Origin: an uncultured Ruminiclostridium sp.
Lineage (GTDB): Bacteria > Bacillota > Clostridia > Oscillospirales > Oscillospiraceae
Assembly (NCBI GenBank): GCA_964453275.1
Contig: CAYVNT010000002.1
Coordinates: forward strand, 206,417-270,416
Direction: 5' to 3'
DNA length: 64,000 nt
Part shown: positions 47,162 through 53,980 of the stretch, piece after piece
Numbering within the stretch: the first letter of the stretch is position 1
Layout of the letters: each line of letters begins with the position of its first letter
Notes under the pieces: model-generated
Database searches by the model: none
What the model saw: only the letters and a program-made list of their open reading frames with translations
What the model was told of the DNA's origin: nothing
Program-made: the position numbers and the translations under genes

Positions 47162-48352
47162 TTAAGTCCTAGTATTTTCTAGTGCGAACATTTTTACAGT
47201 AATGAAAAGAGTTCTCCAGTGCCCTTTATCTTTGCCAACGGATTGAGGATTGTTCCCTAAAGTTCTACTGCGCTCAACAGTTGTGCAGACTAGCTCCTTC
47301 CCTAAAACTTCCATAACCAAAAAAGGATCATGCGTCCACCGATAATAACCATCATCGCCGATTTCAATTAGTGCTCTAAAAGCGCCAACAATTGGATATA
47401 AAAAACCCGTAGGCGTCAGAAAATCCATCTCCTGTTGATAAAATTTCGAGACGTTCTTAGCTCTATTTGCTTCTCCGACCACACCTTTAACTCTACCATA
47501 GCGTCCACCTTGACTACCATCGTAGTAATACTCGCCGATTTTAGTTTCTAACTTATTATAAAGCTTAAAAACATCTATAATCAAGGGTATCATTTTTACA
47601 TATGGATTTTGGATTGTTTCACCAAAAACTTTGTGCATTTTTATATAACGCTCAGTGCACTTGGCTCTTCCGGAATATGATTGTGTCGGATATGTTTCTG
47701 TTTGTGAGTTTGGATATTCGTCTAGATTAAAAAGATTTAATATTGCTAAGATCTCTGTGATGTCTATTTCCCCATTAGTATTTTCTTTATAGGCAATACG
47801 ATCCATCATTTTTGGTTCGTTTTTTAGTACATTTTTAATAATGTCAAATCGATCTTCTAATTCAGCAATTGATTGTTCACGAACTTGAACAGAAGTATTT
47901 CTTGCTGCTGCAAGTTGAGAAAAAATGTCTTCAACTCCTGTAAGAATTTCAATTTTGACAAACTGTGTTCCAGGTGTAATCTTATGTTTAAGTTCTTTTA
48001 TGATACGATACGTGTGCCCGCCATCAATGTTTCCGTGAATTTCTTCATCAGTAAAGACAATTGTCAGTTCATTATTGGAATTATTGTAAATTACTTTTTC
48101 TGCTGAAAGCACGAGACCACGATTCAAAAGGTAAAAATTCTTTTCTGCCTCTGCTTCCAAAGACTGCTTAATTCTTTTAGCCACACTAGTTCCCAGATTT
48201 TGCTCGCGTGGATTAGTTTGCATGGGGATGTCAGTTGGAATTTCGGTTACATCACAGATAGCAAAATATGTTTGTGCTGAATCATCTTTAGCATCGGGGT
48301 AAGGGTTAGGTAGTTTGCGAAATGCACTCACAATAAAAGTTGTTTTTGTCAT
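47162..48352 (-). CDS. AIPR family (abortive infection phage resistance) protein
   Basis: TNPRE, FYLLNRGL, NIDGGHTYRII, AAARNTSVQV; AT-rich. Confidence 0.8.
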   Translation of the reverse strand: MTKTTFIVSAFRKLPNPYPDAKDDSAQTYFAICDVTEIPTDIPMQTNPREQNLGTSVAKRIKQSLEAEAEKNFYLLNRGLVLSAEKVIYNNSNNELTIVFTDEEIHGNIDGGHTYRIIKELKHKITPGTQFVKIEILTGVEDIFSQLAAARNTSVQVREQSIAELEDRFDIIKNVLKNEPKMMDRIAYKENTNGEIDITEILAILNLFNLDEYPNSQTETYPTQSYSGRAKCTERYIKMHKVFGETIQNPYVKMIPLIIDVFKLYNKLETKIGEYYYDGSQGGRYGRVKGVVGEANRAKNVSKFYQQEMDFLTPTGFLYPIVGAFRALIEIGDDGYYRWTHDPFLVMEVLGKELVCTTVERSRTLGNNPQSVGKDKGHWRTLFITVKMFALENTRT

Positions 48353-48482
48353 AATGGTTTTCCTTTCTTTTTTACAAATTACGTGTAATTGTGTAGATAC
48401 GTGATTTGACTCACCATCTATTTTCTAGTATAATATGGATATTAGAAATAATCAATAATCACTTTTGATTAGAGGATATGAC

Positions 48483-48632
48483 ATGGATAAATATGAACGT
48501 GAGTTTTGCATCAAATTTGCCAGCAGATTAAAAGCTTTACGCAATAATGAAGGAATGACTCAAAAAGAATTTTCAGATGCCTGCGGCATATGTATTCCTG
48601 CATTTCTGTGCAGAGAAAGCCGGGCATTTTGA
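48483..48632 (+). pseudogene. Truncated XRE/Cro HTH gene fused to antisense integrase DNA
   Basis: MDKYEREFCIKFASRLKALRNNEGMTQKEFSDACGI, then an abrupt switch at about 48590. Confidence 0.7.
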
Positions 48633-49374
48633 CAATCCGATTGCTTTTTGGTGTCTTGGGGTCTGTGATAACATCCTCTCCCAAAAGCCGCTGATAGGAC
48701 TTGCTGATGGCAACCGTACTTTTCTCAAAGTCAAAGTCCGCAGGGGTGAGGGCTAAAAGTTCACCCAGCCGAATGCCGCACCAGTAGAGCATCTGAAAGG
48801 CATAGTAGGAAAGGGGCTTGTCCATCATCACCTCGGCAAATTTTTTGTACTCATCTTTCGTCCAAAACAGCATTTCCTTGCCCTGCCTTTTTCCCATGTT
48901 GCCAGCCTTTGCCGCTGAATTGGATTTCAGCTCATAAAACCGCACCGCATGATTTAGAATGGCAGAAAGCTGATTGTGCAGTGTTTTGAGATAGGTTTCT
49001 GAATAAGGATTGCCCTTTTCATCCCGATAACCAATCATTTCATTTTGCCACTGGATAACATCCGCTGGGCGAATGTCGTTCATCCGCTTGCCCCCAAAGG
49101 AGGGGAGCAGCTTTGTTTCAATGATGTGCTTTTTCGTCTGCCAAGTGTTGCGGCGCAACCGTACCTCCATGTCTTTTGTATAAACCTCCACAAAGCTGGA
49201 AAAGGTCATATCCAAGTTGGAGGCTTTTTGCTGCTGGAAGGTACGCTCCCATTCCAGCGCCTCACGCTTGGTCTTAAACCCTCGTTTCATTTTCTTTTCC
49301 TTTTGCCCCCTCCAATTTTCATAGTAAAAGGCGGCGTACCATGTTCCTTTTGCGTTGTCTTTGTATGCTGGCAT
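48511..49374 (-). pseudogene. Tyrosine integrase, C-terminally truncated
   Basis: Arm-binding N-terminus (KRGFKTKREA), CGIRLGELLAL, PKTPKS; HxxR and catalytic Tyr are missing after EMQEYI. Confidence 0.88.
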
Positions 49375-49385
49375 TTTGTTCCTCC

Positions 49386-49574
49386 TTACTGGCTGCTGCG
49401 CAGTCCATAAAATTTTTCCTCGTAATACTGGCGGCTTACCCGCCCGGCGATGGTCATAAAGCCTTTACCCTTTAATTCTTCGTTCATTTTCCGCACCAGC
49501 TTGTAGGCATAGGGCTTAGAAACGCCCAAATTCTTTGCAATCTCCTCCACTTTGATAAACAGCTCTTTCTTCAT
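49386..49574 (-). CDS. Excisionase-like HTH protein
   Basis: VEEIAKNLGVSKPYAYKLVRKMNEELKGKGF..IAGRV; directly upstream of int. Confidence 0.85.
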   Translation of the reverse strand: MKKELFIKVEEIAKNLGVSKPYAYKLVRKMNEELKGKGFMTIAGRVSRQYYEEKFYGLRSSQ

Positions 49575-49595
49575 CGTATCAAACCGCCTTTCTTT

Positions 49596-49652
49596 ATTAG
49601 CATATTTGTTAATGTTACCGTATCCTTAGTATACATTATCATATTTGTTAAT
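49596..49652. promoter_or_regulatory. Two 18-bp imperfect palindromes (probable repressor operators)
   Basis: ATTAGCATATTTGTTAAT (49596) and ATTATCATATTTGTTAAT (49635) between divergent xis and XRE genes. Confidence 0.75.
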
Positions 49653-49740
49653 GTCAAGTGTTTATTTCGCTTTTTTGTTAATTTTTATCTTGCATCTTTC
49701 GCTTTTTTGCGCTATACTATTCTCAAAGGCGGTGGAACAG

Positions 49741-50319
49741 ATGACAATAGGTGAGAAAATTAAGAAAATCCGTACCTTTCGTGGCATGACACAAAAGGAG
49801 TTCGGCTTGGCAATCGGGCTGGAGGAGAAGGGCGCCGACAACCGTATTGCCCAATATGAAACCAACTACCGTATTCCCAAGAGGGATATGCTGGAGCAGA
49901 TGGCGGCGGTGCTGCGTGTCAGTCCGATGAATTTTTACAGTGATGCCCCGGACTGCGCCGAGGACATCATGCAGACCTTTTTTTGGCTGGACGAGGATAA
50001 CCCCGGCGCTATCAATCTGTTTCAGCTTGTGCGCAACTCCGGCAAGACAAATGCCTCTGATGATACCTCTGTGCGCTACAACGACAATGACGATTGGCCT
50101 GCCCATGCCCCTGTGGGGATGTACTTCAAGTATGGACTGGTTGATCAATTTATGAAGGAATGGCTGCTGCGCAAAGAGGAACTAAAGGCTGGCAGTATCA
50201 CTCGCAGCGAATACTTCGAGTGGAAATTAGGCTTTCCGCAGACCTGTGATGATTGTGGAAGGCAAGAACCTTCGGTGCAGTGGAGGGAGGTACGCCATGA
50301 GGATGCCCAGAGCGATTGA
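49741..50319 (+). CDS. XRE family repressor of the integrative module
   Basis: MTIGEKIKKIRTFRGMTQKEFGLAIG...RIAQYETNYRIPK. Confidence 0.9.
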   Translation: MTIGEKIKKIRTFRGMTQKEFGLAIGLEEKGADNRIAQYETNYRIPKRDMLEQMAAVLRVSPMNFYSDAPDCAEDIMQTFFWLDEDNPGAINLFQLVRNSGKTNASDDTSVRYNDNDDWPAHAPVGMYFKYGLVDQFMKEWLLRKEELKAGSITRSEYFEWKLGFPQTCDDCGRQEPSVQWREVRHEDAQSD

Positions 50320-50707
50320 CACCGCATTCTTTGCCCCCTGTGGCATGAACTGCATGGTCTGCTATAAGCATTGCTACATGAAAAAGCCTTGTGCCGGGTG
50401 CTTGCCGGGTGATGAGGGCAAGCCGGAGCATTGCCGCAAGTGCAAAATTAAGGATTGTGTGCAGGAAAAGGGGCTTACATATTGCTATGAGTGCGATACC
50501 TTTCCCTGCAAGCTGATTAAAAATCTAGAGAAAAGCTATAACCAACGGTATGGCGCAAGTCTGATGGAAAACAGCCTATTCGTGAAAGAGCATGGGCTAA
50601 CCTCCTTTATGAAACAGCAGTTAGAGCGTTATACCTGTCCTAGCTGTGGCGGCGTGATTTCACTCCACGATGCCGAATGTAGCGAGTGCCAAACCAAAAC
50701 AAAGTAA
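50297..50707 (+). CDS. DUF3795 family Cys-rich protein
   Basis: APCGMNCMVC, CAGC, CRKCKIKDC, YCYECDTFPC, CPSCGG...CSEC. Confidence 0.85.
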   Translation: MRMPRAIDTAFFAPCGMNCMVCYKHCYMKKPCAGCLPGDEGKPEHCRKCKIKDCVQEKGLTYCYECDTFPCKLIKNLEKSYNQRYGASLMENSLFVKEHGLTSFMKQQLERYTCPSCGGVISLHDAECSECQTKTK

Positions 50708-50767
50708 AAAAGAGCAAAAAAACGCCCTGCTGAATTTGTCGTTCAGCAGAGTGTTTTTTGCTCTTTT
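50708..50767. terminator. Long bidirectional terminator hairpin
   Basis: AAAAGAGCAAAAAAAC..CTGCTGAA / TTCAGCAG..GTTTTTTGCTCTTTT. Confidence 0.75.
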
Positions 50768-50879
50768 GCTTATTATTCCGTGAGGTACTGGCGGATATGA
50801 ATAGTATCAAACCAGTATCACGGAGGGGATAGAGAGGCTATAAACCCTGTATTCATGCGGGTTTGCGCCGCTGTCTATG

Positions 50880-52169
50880 TCATTCCCACTCAATCGTTCC
50901 AACTGGTTTGGGGGTCAGGTCATATAGGACACGGTTGACGCCTTTTACCTCATTGGTAATACGGTTGGTGATATGAGAAAGCAGGGCAAAGTCGACGGGT
51001 TCGACGGTGGCGGTCATGGCGTCGATGGTATTGACAGCGCGCAGGATAACCGGCCATTCAAAGGTACGCAAATGATCGCGCACACCGACAGAATGGATAT
51101 CAGGGATAGCGGTAAAGTACTGCCAGACCTTACCTTCAAGTCCTGCCTTGGCGAATTCTTCGCGCAAGATAGCATCCGATTCGCGCACAGCCTCCAAGCG
51201 GTCGCGCGTGATAGCGCCGAGGCAGCGCACGCCGAGGCCGGGTCCCGGGAAAGGCTGACGATACACCATCTCCGCAGGCAAGCCCAGCGCGACGCCGCAA
51301 GCACGCACTTCGTCCTTAAAGAGCATTTTAAGCGGTTCCACGAGGGAAAACTGCAGATCTTCAGGCAGGCCGCCAACATTATGGTGACTCTTGACCGCTT
51401 TGACTGTTTTGGTGCCGCTTTCAATGATATCGGGGTAAATGGTACCTTGTGCAAGGAAATCAATCCCCTCGAGCTTACGCGCTTCTTCTTCGAACACACG
51501 GATAAACTCTGCCCCGATGATTTTTCGTTTCTGTTCAGGATCCGCAACGCCAGCAAGCTTGTCCAAAAAGCGATCTACCGCATCGACGTAGACCAGATTA
51601 GCCGCCATCTGATTACGAAACACCTCAACCACCTGCTCCGGTTCGCCCTTACGCAACAGGCCGTGGTTGACATGTACGCAAGTGAGCTGCTTACCAATCG
51701 CCTTGATCAGCAGCGCAGCCACCACCGAGGAATCCACGCCGCCGGAGAGCGCCAGCAGCACCTGACTTTCACCTACTTGACGGCGGATCAGTTCGATCTG
51801 ATCGGAGAGAAAGTTTTCAATGGTCCAGTTTGCTTCCGCCTGACAAGTATCAAAGACAAACGCCGAAAGCGCTTTCTTTCTCGCCGCGTCTTCCGCCGGC
51901 CAAGGTTTTTCGCCCTTGTGATCCACGCAAAGAATCGGCAGCCCACTGTCATACACTGCTTTGCTCGCGTCGATTTCCACCCCATCCACCACACGGTTCG
52001 GGCCACCATTTAAGAGGATGCCACGCACGCCCGGCAGGGCGTTCAATTCCTCTGCGGTTAAATCATGCGGATGAATCTCCGAGTATACACCCAATGCCCG
52101 GATCTCACGCGCAATTTGTGGATTTTGCTCACTACCAAGGTCCAAAATCAGTATCATGTCTTGCTTCAT
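50880..52169 (-). CDS. guaA: GMP synthase homologue with a shortened, degenerate glutamine amidotransferase domain
   Basis: ALSGGVDSSV, VNHGLLRKGE, LAQGTIYPD, KSHHNVGGLP, QPFPGPGL, DLTPKPVGTIEWE; 429 aa, with no GICYG or FHPE motifs. Confidence 0.9.
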   Translation of the reverse strand: MKQDMILILDLGSEQNPQIAREIRALGVYSEIHPHDLTAEELNALPGVRGILLNGGPNRVVDGVEIDASKAVYDSGLPILCVDHKGEKPWPAEDAARKKALSAFVFDTCQAEANWTIENFLSDQIELIRRQVGESQVLLALSGGVDSSVVAALLIKAIGKQLTCVHVNHGLLRKGEPEQVVEVFRNQMAANLVYVDAVDRFLDKLAGVADPEQKRKIIGAEFIRVFEEEARKLEGIDFLAQGTIYPDIIESGTKTVKAVKSHHNVGGLPEDLQFSLVEPLKMLFKDEVRACGVALGLPAEMVYRQPFPGPGLGVRCLGAITRDRLEAVRESDAILREEFAKAGLEGKVWQYFTAIPDIHSVGVRDHLRTFEWPVILRAVNTIDAMTATVEPVDFALLSHITNRITNEVKGVNRVLYDLTPKPVGTIEWE

Positions 52170-52261
52170 TCCTATGCCTCCTACTGCTTATGACAATTCT
52201 TGCTTCTATCGTACCACATTCCCTAGTGTCTCCGCAAGAAAAAAATAGACTAAAACAGTCA

Positions 52262-52999
52262 TTACATCTTCGGTACAAAAGTAGGCATAGGCAACAATTT
52301 ATGCAGGTTCAGTCTGTTCATCCGGTCAATAAGGGCCTTGGTGGACGCATCCTCGCAGACGCCCTCGCGAATATAGCGATCCAATACGGCATAAGAAAAG
52401 CCCAGATTATCTTCGTCGGTTTTGCCGCAGAGACCGTCTATCGGCACTTTGTCCACGAACTGATCCGGCAAACCGAGCGCCCTGCCCAGGGCCCGCACCT
52501 CTGTCACGGTGAACTTGGCCAGCGGACTAAAGTCCCCGGCCGCATCACCAAACTTGGTGGAATAACCAACCCAGTCCTCGCTCAAGTTGCAGGTGTTGGC
52601 CACACGCCCCCCCACAATCGCGGAGATGGCGTAGAGCGTACTCATGCGAATCCGCGCAGGGCTGTTGAAGGTCGCGACCTCATTGAGCGTCAGGCCCGCC
52701 TGTCCGATGGCATCATAAAGCGCCTGCACCGCAGCGGCCACATTGACCTCCACAAAGTCAATCTCCAACGTCCGGCACAGCGCGTAGGAAACCGCAATGT
52801 CTTCCTGCGACCCTTGCGGCATCAATACGCCGAGCACCCGCTCGCGCCCAAGCGCCTGCACACAGAGCGCAGCCACAACTGAACTGTCCTTTCCGCCGCT
52901 GATCCCGACGACGGCTTTGGTCTCCGGCGTTCCGTTTTGTTCAAAATAGTCTTGGACCCACTTGATGAGCTCTGATTTGATCTGATTCGCGTCAAACAT
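52262..52999 (-). CDS. nadE: NH3-dependent-type NAD+ synthetase (no glutaminase domain)
   Basis: GISGGKDSSVVA, NSPARIRM, GYSTKFGD, DFSPL, PIDGL, DEDNLGFSY; 245 aa. Confidence 0.92.
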   Translation of the reverse strand: MFDANQIKSELIKWVQDYFEQNGTPETKAVVGISGGKDSSVVAALCVQALGRERVLGVLMPQGSQEDIAVSYALCRTLEIDFVEVNVAAAVQALYDAIGQAGLTLNEVATFNSPARIRMSTLYAISAIVGGRVANTCNLSEDWVGYSTKFGDAAGDFSPLAKFTVTEVRALGRALGLPDQFVDKVPIDGLCGKTDEDNLGFSYAVLDRYIREGVCEDASTKALIDRMNRLNLHKLLPMPTFVPKM

Positions 53000-53168
53000 G
53001 TCTTAGCCCCTATTCTTACATTTGATTTTGATGCAGCTGATGAACGCTGCCAGACAAACGCTGTTCCTGCTGACTCTGCGTTTTCAATGGTAAAATGTAG
53101 TGTCTCTCCTATTCACCCTTGATATGCATTGAGTCAGTGAACTGCACCGCTATTTCTTGGTTGATAAC

Positions 53169-53197
53169 AACATATCAGCAATCGATATCTCTGTCAA
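53169..53197 (-). promoter_or_regulatory. Sigma-A promoter about 160 nt upstream of nadE
   Basis: TTGACA-17-TATGTT with extended TG. Confidence 0.7.
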
Positions 53198-53281
53198 GTT
53201 TACCGCTTCACGCGGACGCAAAAGAATCCGAACCATTGTCCGGTGACATTTGGTTCGGATTCTTGTCATGTATGCCTAAGC

Positions 53282-53980
53282 TTACACCCTGATCATGCGG
53301 TAGCCCACGCCGATGTGCGTTTGAATATACTTGGGCGCGGTGGCATCCGCTTCGATTTTCTTGCGTAGCGTCGCCATGAATACCCGCAGCGAGGCCACGT
53401 CGTTGTCCCAGGCGCTGCCCCAGATTTCACGCGTGATGAAGGTATGCGTCAACACCTTGCCGGTATGTTTGGCAAGCAGACAGAGCAGTTTATACTCGAT
53501 AGGCGTCAGGTGAAGTTCTTCTTCGCTCAAAAACGCACAGCCGGCAGCATAGTCGATCTTCAACGCGCCGTTTTCATACACGGTTCCCTCGCTCCCGGCG
53601 ACAGTGGAGGCGTAGTGCAGGCGGCGGAAGGTCACCCGCAGGCGAGCGAGCAATTCTTCCACAGAAAATGGTTTGGTGAGAAAATCGTCCGCACCGGCGT
53701 CAAGCGCCTCAATTTTGTCAACATCCTCACTTCTTGCACTGATGACAATGATGGGCATTTGCGACCAGGAGCGTATTTTCCGAATCAGAGCCACCCCATC
53801 CATATCCGGCAGGCCCAGATCCAGCAAGACGACATCCGGCTTGTGGGACACCGCTTCCAGAATCGCCGCCTCGCCGTTTGGTGCGACATGAAATTTATAG
53901 TCGTGTGTCTCCAGCGTGGTGGTCATCAGGTTGCGGATGGCGGGATCATCCTCCACCACCAAAATCAACGGTTTATTCAT
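53282..53980 (-). CDS. kdpE: KdpE response regulator
   Basis: LLDLGLPDMDG, IIVISAR, HLTPIEYKLL, LRVFMATLRKKIE, IQTHIGVGYR. Confidence 0.95.
   Translation of the reverse strand: MNKPLILVVEDDPAIRNLMTTTLETHDYKFHVAPNGEAAILEAVSHKPDVVLLDLGLPDMDGVALIRKIRSWSQMPIIVISARSEDVDKIEALDAGADDFLTKPFSVEELLARLRVTFRRLHYASTVAGSEGTVYENGALKIDYAAGCAFLSEEELHLTPIEYKLLCLLAKHTGKVLTHTFITREIWGSAWDNDVASLRVFMATLRKKIEADATAPKYIQTHIGVGYRMIRV

Larger units (their letters stand above)
45780..50891. mobile_element. Eroded composite integrative island at the guaA 3' end
   Basis: AT-rich cargo; xis/int/XRE module; imperfect duplication of the guaA terminal 12-mer at 47026 and 50880; two integrase remnants. Left boundary is approximate. 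Confidence 0.8.

Noticed and set aside
50770-50831. Third integrase tail (EVLADMNSIKPVSRRG*) beside the guaA att
   Set aside because: Too short, and lacks the catalytic Tyr motif.
50973-52013. 346-aa plus-strand ORF opposite guaA, and similar long antisense ORFs (4980..5876, 19961..20671, 25678..26529)
   Set aside because: Long antisense frames are expected opposite GC-rich coding genes; none has an RBS or family motif.
52170-52261. Purine riboswitch upstream of guaA
   Set aside because: The region is short, is filled by a promoter-like element and RBS, and lacks the GTTTCTAC junction motif.
53000-53162. SAM-I, glycine or T-box assignment for the nadE leader (ATCAAG and GGAGAGA fragments)
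   Set aside because: The other diagnostic motifs (GCAACC, CCGAAG, GGTGGNACCGCG) are missing; kept only as an unclassified candidate.
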